DNA of 60,194 bases, filler included, from Bipalium vagum (lineage: Eukaryota), in NCBI GenBank assembly GCA_037834085.1. It is 3 parts of 3 records of this genome, joined end to end, with 100 filler letters (N's around TTAATTAATTAA, not from the genome) between each part and the next. Parts side by side here need not be neighbours in the genome. Positions count along the whole stretch, not along the records: positions 1 to 15,760 come from JBBMKC010147322.1; 2 more parts are not named here. One strand, given 5' to 3'. The stretch's first letter is position 1; every line of letters begins with the position of its first letter. The notes under the pieces are model-generated. The model was not told where the DNA came from. It made no database searches and worked only from the letters and a program-made list of their open reading frames with translations. Shown here in pieces: positions 1-13,562 of this stretch. The translations under genes and the position numbers were made by a program.

Positions 1-72
1 TATAGTAATAATGAAGCAGTAAAACAATTTCAATTTATTAAAAAAACGCTAATAACTTTTGACTCAACCTGG

Positions 73-410
73 TATACTTGATAAGGCTGAAAAGCAATTA
101 GACTCTACCAGAAATAATGAAGATAACTGAACAAAAATTTTAGTAACAATATATATAAATGTATATCTCATTAATAATTTCTTACTTGGTAGATAAAAAC
201 CGGATAAAAAGTAGTAAAAACCGGATCACAGTTCGGAATTCTTTATTCGTAATAATTTATCATATCTACTGGAAACAAAAATAAGAATATTTAAGCAAAT
301 CATATGTTTCATACCTATATATGATTATTATTTATGTACAAAATTTTTAAAAAATAAAGTATATTAATTATTTCTGGTAGAGTCTAAGTTTTTAACCTTG
401 CTACGTATAT
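73..410. mobile_element. MITE-like non-autonomous DNA element
   Basis: Perfect 21-bp inverted repeat TTAGACTCTACCAGAAATAAT (98-118) / ATTATTTCTGGTAGAGTCTAA (367-387). It extends degenerately outwards to TA-containing ends. No coding capacity. Confidence 0.55.
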
Positions 411-1149
411 TGTCTTCTTACAATGTATGCTATCATTATCCAAAGGCTGCAAGCTCGAGGTACAATTCGGAGGAATATATTCAATTTCACTATTCGCCAA
501 GCTTTTTATGAATGACAAGTTGCATTATCTATAAATGATAAGATTTTTCTATTTTCTCGAATCATTTCTTGATTCTATTGCTGTAAATAATCTATAAATA
601 GTCATCCATCCTTTTTGTTTGCTTTATAATAAACTGGAAGTTTATCTTTGGATAAAGCAGTGAGAGTCGTTACTTTTCCTAATATCACCAAATCATCAGC
701 AAAAGTTGTTTATAGAATTGAAACACGTTCTTTGTATAATTTCCCTCAGTGACACTTTTTTCCTATAAGATGTATTATTCTACTAGGCATTAACCTAAAA
801 AAGTGCGATTTCATCAGATTTAGCCATGCTTCGAGTTTCACAATTCTTTAATTTACCAGGTAATGTAGATTTCCATTTTATTTTATCATTGGGATCTAAA
901 TCAAAAGACTCTTCACATAGCACTTAAAACGAAATATGTAAATTACATTAAAGAGACTTAAAAAGAGTAAAAATCGAATTTCCGGTGTATAGAAATGTTC
1001 CTGCTTAAACAAGTTCCAGCTTTGAAAGGTTTTAGTGTATTTTATATATTAGGATCTCGGGAAATTTGCTCGCTTTTTACTATATCATAAAGATATTTAG
1101 TGCCAAAAAAATTTTCTTATAATACATATTGACTATTCTGATTAACAAT

Positions 1150-1550
1150 GAGTTATTATCTTTCAGGTAATTTCAATATTTTTTCCCGTTTTCGTAAAAT
1201 TTCTTATTTTCCCAGGAAGAGATATTTTAAGTATGTGTTTTATGTCGCCAGAGAAAAAAGTGTTCCCAACCAACGAGTTCTGTAGAAAGAGAATTGTTGG
1301 TGCCATATCAGACATGCACTATGGATGTGGTAGAGCATCCCAACCAAATTCCATCAGTTTATGATAAGTGATAAAAAAAATCTGAAGACATGCGTTGTCG
1401 TGATTGTTAAGGATTTAAAGATTTAATAAATCTGAAGGCTTCTGTTGCAAAAAACTGTTTGTTGATATTTGCTGACATTTTATATTGGAATCAATTGTTC
1501 TGTTATATGATAAGAACTTGAACAATACCATTGTAATCCCACCATACGGA
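1150..1550 (-). pseudogene. mariner transposase relic (C-terminal part)
   Basis: Minus-strand translation gives HDNAC (cf. HDNARPH) and EFGWDALPHP*CMSDMAPT (cf. [19 protein letters not shown]). Stops and frameshifts present. Confidence 0.7.
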
Positions 1551-1689
1551 TAAAAAACTTATTTTTATTAACTATTAACTATTTATTATTTATTAAATTT
1601 ACTTTATATAAACAATAGGTGACCTTCAAATTTTCAGGTACCTAGTTTATATATTAACCAAATCAGGTATTGATATAGCTTGAGCTCAG

Positions 1690-2350
1690 TGGGACCAGAC
1701 CGTCATCTTTCAAGTGGAATGTTCTTTTTCTATTTATAACGCAAATCTTTTACACTTTTTACGGTACCCTTTGTTTTTAAGAGTTTTCTTTTCATTATTG
1801 CCCAATATTCTTCTATAGGCCTTAGTTACGAGCAGTTTGGTGGATTCATGTCTTTAATTACATATGAGACAACATTTTGTTGATAACTGTTCATAGTTAA
1901 TTTACTATATTGTGAAGATATCAGGTCTGACAAAACAGTACAGATCCGTTGTGCAACTTAAGGAAAGGCAACAGTAACTTCTGAAGGCAATCTTCCACAT
2001 AAATCTTTTAATTAACAGTTCCTGTAGAAATGAAAGATTCATTCTTCTTTCCGCATGTATAAATGTCTTTCAAATTAAAAATTTCTTTAGATATTTATCA
2101 AGGTTGCATTTTTTAAATTTATCGGAAACGTTTCCTCGTCTACTGACCGTGTACAATTTTTGTATCTGCTTAAAATCTGCTTTTACTTAGGTTTTATCAT
2201 CTAAAATCACAGTCGTATTTGTGAATAACTTTATCGTATAATTTATGTGTTCTGGGTTTTTCTAATTTATTCTGCTTTTCTATTTTCTATTTTCTTCTAT
2301 TTTCTACCCTTATTAAAGAGACATTTACCGCTTATGAATTCATAGATCCA
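1690..2350 (-). pseudogene. Tc1/mariner-superfamily DD37E (ITmD37E-like) transposase relic
   Basis: Minus strand reads VILDDKT*VKADFKQI, then VLF-(fs)-DLISSQYS...NPPNCS*LRPIEEYWAIMKRKL. There are 37 codons between D (1925-1927) and E (1811-1813). Confidence 0.75.
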
Positions 2351-3197
2351 AAAATATTCACGGGTGCCTTGTATAAGGAAAAAACGAATACTTTTCATGC
2401 AAATTTTAAAAAAATATTATTTATGTTTATATTTTTAATCAAAAATCGGAATATGAAATTTAGTAAAAACCGCTTTTCCTTTAATTTACGTAGTCACGAT
2501 TTCTTGAAATATTGAAATGTGGTCAACATATAAACAGTCTGGTTTTTGTGATTTCATCTGTTGAAATCCTGGAGTTTATATTAGAAGAAACTAAATATAT
2601 CCTTATTAATACCAGAAGGGCATTTAGATCGAGCTAGACCTTCCTGAAGGAATCTGGGCAAGTTATTTTTTATTGATTCAGGAAGAAGCAAATTTCAGGT
2701 TCTTTAACTTTCTGTAATTTATAGAGAATCATGAAGATTTTTTATGTCCATATTTCAATTACTAAAGAAAGATTAACAATGAGTTTTAAAGCAAAAATGT
2801 TGTCACAGGTGATATTATCATAAGAACATCGTTTCTATCATACAAAAATATTTGTTTTAAAGATCATTTTCTAACATAAAATAAAGTTTCTGAAAATCGG
2901 ACAAACTTTTGCAACGATCCAATAAAAAGACAATATAAACAATATAAAAAAAGAAAAGCCGAATAAACATACTTGCTTTTTCAGCAAGTTTAATTAGAAC
3001 ACTTCACATCAGATATTAGATAAAGTAACAAAATATTATTAAAACAAACAAATTTCATGGTATTAACACTAAAAAAATTTAAACTAGTATTTGAAAGCTA
3101 ATATACTTTATGGTTTATGGCACAGTGGATACTTCACAGCTCAATTATAGGGCTCAATTTTTTGAACAATGAAAATCTGAAAATATAATAATAAAAA

Positions 3198-3226
<29 letters not shown>

Positions 3227-3229
<3 letters not shown>

Positions 3230-3480
3230 GGTTGTCCGGAAAGTTCGTTCTGATTTTTAATATACATAAATAAAACAGTTTATTATAATAGACAGATAGA
3301 AAACATGGTATAATTATATATATTCTGAATGGTAAAAGATACTTTTTATTAAATACTGAAAAGGTATTTGTTTAAATATTCATCTAAATTATTGAAAAAA
3401 TTCAAAGATGGATACAAATAATATACATTTTCGCCATTCAATGCTCTTCTACAACCGGAAAGGTAAAAGTGCCACATAAG
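3227..3480 (+). mobile_element. mariner 5' end fragment (TIR + transposase N-terminus)
   Basis: TIR-like TGGGTTGTCCGGAAAGTTCG, similar to the TIRs at 22652 and 25202. ATG at 3408 reads MDTNNIHFRHSMLFYNRKGKSAT*. Confidence 0.65.
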
Positions 3481-4859
3481 TATAAAAAGATCAATTGAGA
3501 GATGATATTACTTTTTGCTGACACTCCTGCTCGTTGCTCTTCATAATTTTCAATATAATGTTTTCTTGATCCTTGCTTTGTATCCAACGTACCACTTTAA
3601 AAAAAACTGATCCCGCAATTTTTGTTGATATTGAAAGAGTGGTATATCCGGGTATTTTCCACCTTTCCTATTTTGACCAATAACCTTTTATAATTGAGTA
3701 ATAATAAAAAATTTTGATCCTCCGAAAGATTTGACATTTCTTAATTCAAAAGATTATCAATAAAATAAACAAAACTAATTATTTAAAACAATCCATTAAA
3801 GTAAAAAATAGTTATTTATTAAATCTACTTTTTATGACATGGAGTAAGTAGTTTTAATATTATTGAAATAGAATTTCACTTTACATTTTATTTCAATTAA
3901 AAAGTGCAATATTATATAATAAAAGTAATACTCTAATCAGATAAAAATATATAAATAATGGTGTTCCAAATTAATTTTACCTATTCTAATACTGTCACTC
4001 ATTAATTATATAATTTCTACATTGTCATGGTCCTTATGTAGAAAATAAACAATATATACTTTTATCAATGGTACTTATATAAATTTTTATAATATTTTGT
4101 TTAAATCAAATAAAAAAACGGTAGAATAATTATAAAAGAACAACAATAATGTTATTCATATGATATAGTGAAAATATTTCAAAATTATTATACAAATATA
4201 AAGGAACATAAAAGTCTCTAAATATAATGAAATTGTTTTTTTTTGTGGAATTATATAATATTTAACACTGTTATTTGAAACTGAAATCAATACCATCGAT
4301 TTAGAATCGAATCTCAATCTGATTTCACTATTTACATGTATGTGTTGGTTTGTTTCTGGTGGAAAATCATATTTGTCTGGTTAATTATAAATAAAATTAT
4401 ATTTATATGGATATTGTTGTTGAACTAAAATTCCCATTTATTTATTCCCAATTATTAGCAAGAAAATTTCACTTGTTCGTAAAATTATTGACATAATTAT
4501 ATTTATTTTCCCAATATTCCCGGTTAGATTAAGTGTAAAAATTAATTATAATTCCGATCTGATTAAGTTTCACATATAAAGAGAACTAATTAATTTTTAT
4601 TTTCCTACAGGTTTTAAATTATTCCTCTTAATTTAAATGTAAACTTAAAAATTATATATTATTTTTTAATTAATTTAAACGTAATAATAGAATATTATTA
4701 TTGTTCGCGTTGAATTTTAAGAGTTAATCAATTTAAGAAAATTTTCTTTATAAAATATTTTTGACTGTTTTGGTAAAATTGTTGAAGTATATTTTAAGAA
4801 ATTTCTTGAGAATGGTAAAACTTTGTTAGAACTATGACAAGGTTATAAATGAAATCCTT

Positions 4860-5133
4860 TCAGAGAAGATTTTCGCATCTTCAGATCATTACAGAAATTG
4901 CTAAATGGAAAATTTTTAAAGTGTTATGTGGATGTGAAAAATACCTTCCTCGGGAACTTTAACTCAAGCAACCCAATCTTTTTAAAACTGAGATTGAAAA
5001 ATTGATAACCAGATGGAGGAAGGTCTTAGAACTTGATGGTGACTATCTTGTTGATTAAATGTTGGTGTTTTTAACAATATATACATTTTTACATCTTTTG
5101 ATAAAAACAACATTAATTATGAGTAGCCGTAAT
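4860..5133 (+). mobile_element. mariner 3' end fragment
   Basis: IEKLITRWRKVLELDGDYLVD* resembles a mariner C-terminus, followed by a degenerate TIR-like end. Confidence 0.6.
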
Positions 5134-5654
5134 ATTTAAAAAGAAATATCAACAAGGATAAATGTAATTGCTTATGTTCATATGACCTGATTAAATATTT
5201 ATAAATAACGATAAGCTCTCACATCTTCAAATTTTTTACGTTTGTCTGGTAAATACATATTTTATGATTTTTGTGAATTATTAATATTAAATGATAATTT
5301 GCAAATCAAGTAAATTTTATTTTTATTTATTTTTTTTTAATATTTTAAGATAACCTTAATTTTTAAATTATAAAAAATTTAATTAACATTATAAATTATT
5401 ATTTTAAAATTATAAAAAATTACTTTATTAAAAAATAATAATGAAAATAATAATAATAATAAATAAATAAAATTCATACAGCTTTTTACTAGGTTAAAAT
5501 ATTAAGTAAAAAATAAGCAATAGTTTCTGCCTATATGTTAACTTTATTATTATGTAATTACTTAATCAATATTTTGTAAGAATTTATTTTCTTATTATAT
5601 TGAGCAAAATGTCAATTTCAACATTTTTCTTTATTGGTCAACTTATATTTTATT

Positions 5655-5655
5655 A

Positions 5656-5708
<53 letters not shown>

Positions 5709-5722
5709 TAATTAATTAATTA
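5655..5722. repeat. (TTA)n microsatellite
   Basis: Run of TTA triplets followed by (TAAT)n. Confidence 0.9.
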
Positions 5723-6859
5723 ACAAACGATTTTCAGTGATATACTGCCAGATTTGATCTTAAATATTAGATAGTCGTAACCTAGCAACAATAACTAAGC
5801 GCTAAAAGATGTCACTAAGTACTAATAAATATTAATATTATTAGATTAAAGAATGAATATATAATTGATGATTACATTTAAATGATCGAGTTTATGTTCT
5901 TCTTAAAGGAAATTATTTTTTAATTTGAAAAAATATAATTATAAAAAATTTAATATATTAACATAATTTATTAATAATTTAATTTTTATTATGATATAAT
6001 CAGTAAAATAATTATTTTATTAGTTAATTAATTATTAAAAAAAATAATTCTACTATATTGGGAACAATATCGACATAACTTTAGAGCATACGATTTAAAC
6101 GATTTATTTTAAATAAAAAATGTTCATTGTTTTATATTCCAAGGTCCATTTAATTCAATTGTGGACTTTATTAACATGCTCTAAGTTAATTCGCATGTCA
6201 GCTTACGGTTCTAAACATATTAGTATAATACTTGAAGAATGATCAGATCTACTGAGTTTATTTATTTATTATTATTGAGACCATCTTAATAGTAACAAAC
6301 CTTATGATATCCTCACATGCTGATCATACATCTCGAATTAATTATTAATAACAGAAAAATTTAGTCCCGTGATCTCTTGAGGAAGATATTAAAAAGTTTG
6401 ATACAATTACCCAAGTTACATACCTGGCACAAGTAAAAATGACTATTTATGTCACAATTAGGGTGATTATTTTTTAATTCCGGATCTGTTATTTATTTTA
6501 TTTAAAATAATCTCTTGTGATCCAAAGTTCACTTTAAGGACTTTGTTATGCATAACCAAAACTTTGGATTATGGAACAAAATTTATTATTTTATTTTTTT
6601 TTGTTAACATTGTTAATAAGTGAGCAGTAATGACTGAGCTACTTACACAATTAAAATAATTTTGATTGCAGTGAACTTTCAAAAAGATCATTTGATAACG
6701 AACATGCAAAAATCATAAAAATGTTTTCTTAAGTTTTTATATGACCAAAATAGTAGGGAAAATATAATAGGGTCCTCAGGACATCAAGAAAAAGGGTCTG
6801 CCAAAGATAAAGAAACCATCTGTCTCTTGGAAAAGGTAATTTGTTAAAGTAAAAGACAA

Positions 6860-7510
6860 CTTGTGAAATATGAGCAATTATTTAAAAATAATTTTTTCTG
6901 GATTCAGTACAGCTTTGGAAGTGGTCATAAAATTTCCAAAAATGGTGATAATCTTCTTTAGAAAGATGTCTCAAAAACTGTTTGGTCTTTGACTTTGCTC
7001 CTAAATAACCGGTTTAAGTCTTGAGAATAACCAGAAGTGACATTACAAAATTTAAAAAATACTATGATGATGAATCACAGTAATATTCTTTTCTTTCCAA
7101 AAATTCAAACTTTGCCTTCATTTATAGACAGGTACAGTCATGCAACTCGGCCAAGATATTTCATACCGAATTTAATGTAGAGTCACTGAATTCTTTCTTC
7201 CTAGCATGCCATCACATTAACATAATATTTATCGTGAACCGCTTGAGCATCTTGAACAAATTATTTATGAATGATACCTTTCAAATCAAAAACTGTTATC
7301 AATGCCTTTTTTCTACTTCTTTGGAGTGATAATTCTTCGGTTTTTGTTCATCTGAAGAAATTAATTTTCGAGTTTTGACATCATCAAATCTTGAAAGCAG
7401 TTAGAATGTCTTTGATAGTTTTTTGTTTCATGTCAAGACATTGAGCTTCTTCGGTTTCTTTTTGATCATTTGTCAGCAATTGAGGCACAAAACGCACAAA
7501 AATAGTTGTT
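6860..7510 (-). pseudogene. mariner transposase relic
   Basis: Minus strand reads FVRFVPQLLTNDQKE (cf. WVPxxLT) and DLKGIIHK*FV. Heavily decayed. Confidence 0.55.
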
Positions 7511-8384
7511 CAATAAGCTTATAAAATTTTTCATTAATTAAAACATGTAAAATCGATATTTTCAACATTTTAAAAAGTAAAAAAAATTTTTAAAAAATAA
7601 AAATCAATTAATTGCAATTAATTTAGCCTACATCAGTGTTTTATCGAATTATTAGCTGGTTTTTTAGAGAGTGATTTTTTCTAATTTATCAATATAAGAA
7701 GTTCATACAACCACAGGTATTATAATGAAATTATTTTCTTTAAGAAATATCAACAACCACTGCTGAGTTAATTGTGATTAATTAGAGTTGTTTTGTTTTA
7801 AGTACAGATACTTATCCGTGGGATTCTGTGGGGCTGTCGACATCCTCCACGATTATCTCTTATCGTATTTCAAAGTTGGGTTTGAGGCTGCAACGACTGA
7901 TTTTCAAAAGTACTTTATTTCATTCGATAAAGTACAAATTGCAATGTGATATTCTAAACAATAAAAACAATACTCAAAAAGGAAAAATGTTCAAATTTGA
8001 AACAAATAAAAGAGGAAATGGTGGCTTAACGACACTTAAGGGACGAATATTATGAATAAAAATTTAAACGAGAAAAAGACAGTTTGGATGATATTTTGTC
8101 TTCTCTAAAGGTGTAAAAACAATATAAATATCATTTATCAATTCGTTTGGCTGAGTGACAATTCAATTATTAGGATCAGATCACTTAAGTTGAATTAAAA
8201 TAAGAATAATTTTCTTTAATTCATAATATATGAAAATAAAAAATATATATATATCGATTCTTCAAGTTTTTCAAATTTCGAAATAACAAGTTGAACAAAT
8301 AATGGGTCACAAAGATATCAAGTAGAAAGAGAATGTTATGTGATACGATATAGCATACGATATGATTAAAGTAAATAATGATAA

Positions 8385-8419
8385 AAATAATAATAACAAT
8401 CTAATAATAAATAAAATTA

Positions 8420-8453
<34 letters not shown>

Positions 8454-8506
8454 TAATAAATAATAATAAATAATAATAAATAATAATAATAGTAATAATA
8501 ATAAAA
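8385..8506. repeat. (TAA)n degenerate microsatellite
   Basis: Visible AAT/TAA triplet runs. Confidence 0.85.
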
Positions 8507-10160
8507 TGAGGAAAAAAGAAATAGAATTTAAATAAGTGTAAAAAAATTATTAAGTTTTCGTATGTTTTTCAAAAAAATCCTTTGATTTTTTAAATTATTA
8601 GAAAACTTACTAATAATAATATTTTTTAATATTATTATATTTAATTTAATGATTTATTAACATAAATATTTGTTTTTCGATATATCCGAAAATAAAGATT
8701 TTTGTGAAGTCTTTCATATCCAGTTATTTATGCCTGAGTTGCTTGTCAAATATTTTTTCTAAAATGTTTTTAAATTAATTAAATTAAAATTTTTAATGGG
8801 TTGAAGTAATATGAAAAAATTATTACTTAGGCGCTTAAAAATATTTTGTTGTTTAATGATTTTTTGATTTCTCATTACATTTTCTAATATTATTATTTAC
8901 CATAATTTTTGAAAAAATATTTCTGCAATATTTATAATATAAATAAAATATATAAATAAAAAATTAAAATTATTGTACACAATATAATCAATAAAATAAT
9001 CAATTTTTTATTAGAATTTTGTGCTTTTAAGTTATGTAATTAATTTAACTACATTGGATTTTACACATTTTATAAATTAATATTTATAAATTATTATTAG
9101 TTAATATATATTTAGCACTATTATAGTAAATATAGTTTAAGTGAACTATATTTAGTAGAAGATGAAGATAAATGAATAACAGGATAAGATTGTTCAGCTA
9201 TACTATTAAATATAAATTAATAAATAAATTAGGTTGGCAACTTATTCTAAGATGGAAATATTCTTAGTAAAAGACTTACTGAATATAAATATATTTCAAT
9301 TATTATTGATCCAGGTGAAAGGGATAATGAGGTTTATAGTATAAACTTTCTACTGATACATATACATGTTTTACTTTTGAAAACATTGGTTTTTATATAC
9401 AAAGAAGAAAATTAAAAATAAAGATAAATTTCTTTCTCTACGGCATCATGTTACAATCATATAAATGAGAAAAGATAAAAGTTCAGGAATCATCTTACAA
9501 CCGAGAAATTGTTAACAACTCTTATTAACCCCAATAAAGATTATGAAAAAATTTTGTATCATATTTCCACAAAAAATCTATAAGAAAACTATCAGAAAGA
9601 GACATAAAACTTAAGGTGACTTGACTGACCCTATTCTCTAAAATATTAAAATATCCGTCGATTTTCTTATTGTTTTTATATATTAACATCAAATGCCGAA
9701 TTTAGGAAATATTATTATTTTACAACAAATAAAAATAGATATATTAAATGTGGTTTATTAATTGACAATAAAATACCAAAGGATAATAATATTTCTTTCA
9801 GGATAACCATTATAAAGAACCTGTGGAAGTTGGTGTCAACAGTTCTTTCTAAATTAAAGCTTAAATATTTTGGTTTTCAGAGAAAATAATTTTTAAATTT
9901 AAATATTTTACAGTTTTATTCCAACCAATGATATATTCAACTAAAATTATTTTAGATCTCAATGGTCCTAGAACTTTAATAGAAATAGAAAGAAAAAAGA
10001 GTTCTCAACAATATTATTGGCGTCAACAAATCTTTGTATATTAAAAATCTCATGACAATGAAGTTCATTTTTGCAATCTTCGTATAACAATAATAATAAA
10101 ATATCTAATAGGTCTATTTTGTTTTTAAAAAAATAGAAAAAGGAAAATAAAATATTAATT

Positions 10161-10620
10161 AATAATTTATTCTTACTAAATGAATAAAAATAAAATAATA
10201 ATTTATTTTTAATAAATGAATGAAAATAAAATAATAATTTATTTTTAATAAATGAATGAAAATAAAATAATAATTTATTCTTAATAAATGAATAAAAATA
10301 AAATAATAATTTATTCTTAATAAATGAATAAAAATAAAATAATAATTTATTCTTAATAAATGAATGAAAATAAAATAATAATTTATTTTTAATAAATGAA
10401 TGAAAATAAAATAGTAATTTATTCTTAATAAATGAATAAAAATAAAATAATAATTTATTCTTAATAAATGAATGAAAATAAAATAGTAATTTATTCTTAA
10501 TAAATGAATAAAAATAAAATAATAATTTATTCTTAATAAATGAATAAAAAAATAGTAATTTATTCTTACTAAATGAATAAAAATAAAATAATAATTTATT
10601 CTTACTAAATGAATAAAAAT
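10161..10620. repeat. 36-bp minisatellite, about 13 copies
   Basis: Unit AATAATTTATTCTTAATAAATGAATAAAAATAAAAT repeated head-to-tail with few variants and no unique spacers. Confidence 0.92.
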
Positions 10621-11542
10621 TTCAAAGTATTTCAGATAAACTATAAAATTGAAGACATGATAGCAGATAAGTATTTACACTCTTTGATTATAAAATGTCT
10701 AAATTCTAGAAAAATATTCAAATATTAACGGTAGACATTCTCAAATTGTCATTATTTTTAAAAATCTGAAAAAATATTTACATGTCTAATTTTTTTTTCC
10801 AATCAGCTAATTATGAAAAAAAAATTAACATTTGTTAGGAATCAGAAAAAATATTTTTTATTGAAGCCCAAAAAGCAGAAATGTAGATTCAAGTCATTTA
10901 TGTATAAATATTGGTCTGACAATTAAAAGCAGACACCATCTGGTAATTATAAATAACATTTTATTTAGATAAAAAAACTATTCACAAAACGGGAACAGTT
11001 AAAGTGCTATTTTAAAAAAAAGAGATAATTTTCACAAATATCTCAGCAGGATCTTATAAACAAGATCGTAATCACTTTCAATTCGTCTGTAAATTCTACG
11101 ATTAACAATGGTGAAGTCTCAAAATCAGAAAATTAAATAAATAATTATTGAGTAATGGTTTTCAATAGCAAATAAAATTTATCTGCGCGATGACGAATGA
11201 AGCTCGTTGTCATGAGAAATTTTCAGCGAGTTTTGGAGGGGGACTTGTGAACTGACTTGCAGTGGCATGCATGCAACAATTCAATTTATCTCTGGATTTG
11301 CATGTATGTGATTGTAATTCATTTCAACCGGTGTATGTATGTGTCTGTGTCTGAGTATGTGTGTGTGTTAAGCTTCATGAGAGAATGTATATGGTGCATA
11401 TCTGTTAATAGACAATCTCTTCATTAATTTTAGTACGATTCCATTGGTTACAGAAGACAGAATGAAAATTTATATATGTTCTTTGCAATTTGGTTTTGAC
11501 AAACTTGTCACGGAATTTCATTTATGAACAATAAGCATTAGC

Positions 11543-13562
11543 ATGGAATCACATGAATATAATGTTGAAGATTCTTTGAGTAAGTATACTGACATTTTTT
11601 TTATTATCATCTAAAATTTCGGGAAAAATTTTTTGATAAAACCAAATGATGAATGTTCAACTTTTATAATTATTTGGTAATAAAGTCACTTCTTAAAAAT
11701 ATAATTGATTTAAGATTATTTTTTGCCAATAATTATCATCGGTTATTTATTAACCCTCACAATTGATTTTTTCTATTTCTACAGAGTTATTATTGAAAAT
11801 ATTTGAGCATTGTAGAGGAATAATTTTTGTAGACATTTATTCAAATATGATTCGTTTTAGATGAAATTGAATTTTTCTGTGGAGAAAGTGTTTTCAGATC
11901 ACATTATCAATGCCAAGAAGAAATCGGCCAAGGAGGATTTGGAACGGTTTTCAAAGCAATACGTTCATCGGATAATGTAACGGCCGTCGTGAAATTTATT
12001 TCCACAAAGAAAATCACGGAAATATACCATTGGAAAGTAACTTTCTTGTTGATAATATTGAAATATAATAATCAATTTTCATGTAGACCAAACAATTGAA
12101 TATACCTCTTGAAATTGCTCTATTGGCGAAATGTAAACATATTGAAGGTGTGATAAAACTTGTGGGATTTTACCAATCAGACGAAAAGCAAGGGTGGTAT
12201 TTAATAATGAATTTTATGGAGAAAAACGTGGACTTGTTTGATTATATCAGTCAAGCGAAATATTTATCAGAAGAAAAGGCCGCCTTCTATTTCAGACAAA
12301 TTGTAGAAATTCTTAAAGCATGTCACGAAGAAGGGGTTTTACATCGGGATATAAAAGATGAAAATATCCTTGTGGATGAAAGTACGGATTTGGTATATCT
12401 CATTGATTTCGGATCAGGCGCATTTCTCAAACCAGACTGCATTTACAGAGATTTTGATGGTAAGACATACAAAATTTTCGTTTGTAAAATTTAATGCAAT
12501 TATCCAATTAATTATGTAGAATTTTATATGATCATTGACGTTGTCGTTGTTTTTTTTTCACTGAATTCAATCGATCATATGACTGATAAAATGAAATAAA
12601 AATTTTTAATTTTTAACAATAATATCCATAATTGGACTAGTGGCTGAAATCTGAGGGAAAATTGTATGTAAAACGGGAATAAACTGTGTCAAGTTCATAT
12701 CCGAAAATTGGAATCTGAATTAGAAAAAAAATCTCAATGATCGACTAGAGATCGAGGTAATCATGGAAGATAAAATCGATAATTCTAATATTCTATAACC
12801 GATGATACATGAAATGAGTCATAATGCAAGACCAACATCGGTCAGAGTTCGCCTGCATTTATACACACACACGCACAAACACATAGACACATTGACATCA
12901 AATATTTCCTTTTAACCCATGTTTGGGTAAATTACGTTAATAATTTTATTTTGTTTAAAACAATGCAAAATCGTTCTAAGAATTGATATTAATAGATGAA
13001 AAATGTAATGATTGTCATCACATTAATGAAATGATATCATGTGTTTTATTTTTCAGGTACTCGAGTTTATAGTCCGCCAGAATGGATTAAAAACCATTGC
13101 TATAATGGATTTCAACTGGAAATTTGGTCGCTGGGCATATTGCTATTCGATATGGTTTGTGGTGATATACCTTTCAATGCCGATGAACAAATTCTAAATG
13201 GCAAACTCATATATCGACATTGTATCAGTAAAGATTGTCGTGATCTCATTGAACAGTGTTTACAACAAGATCCCGAACAGCGTATCAAATTGGACGAAAT
13301 AAGCTCCCATATTTGGATGGAAAAGCATCAACAAATGACCCAATCCAATTATCTTCACAATGTTCTAACGAGCTCCGTTTCCAATGGTCAACGTTGTTAT
13401 CATTTAACATCTGGATCTTCCTCGCTTTATTCTCCCGCTGAAACCATATCATCATCCTCAGGAGACGAGTCTATAGATGACAAATACAATCAAAACATTC
13501 CATCATATTTTTCCAAACCCCGGGAAGCAGCGAAATTTTATATATCAGAAAATGAAGATTAA
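11543..13562 (+). CDS. PIM: PIM-family serine/threonine kinase; exons 11543-11579, 11861-12036, 12087-12459, 13057-13562; 363 aa
   Basis: GT-AG introns join in frame (1092 nt in total). Motifs GQGGFGTV, AVVK, IPLEIALL, DLFDYI, HRDIKDENIL, DFGSG, DFDG|TRVYSPPEWI and WSLGILLFDMVCGDIPF are PIM signatures. Exon 1 is the least certain part. Confidence 0.92.

Noticed and set aside
7810-7910. GC-richer patch and ORF 7828-8055; minus-strand SVVAASNP resembles an MCM motif
   Set aside because: There are stops in all minus-strand frames, no supporting exons, and the plus ORF has no recognisable motif.
10161-10620. CRISPR-like array (36-bp period)
   Set aside because: Units are contiguous with no unique spacers, there are no cas genes, and the context is eukaryotic. 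It is a minisatellite.
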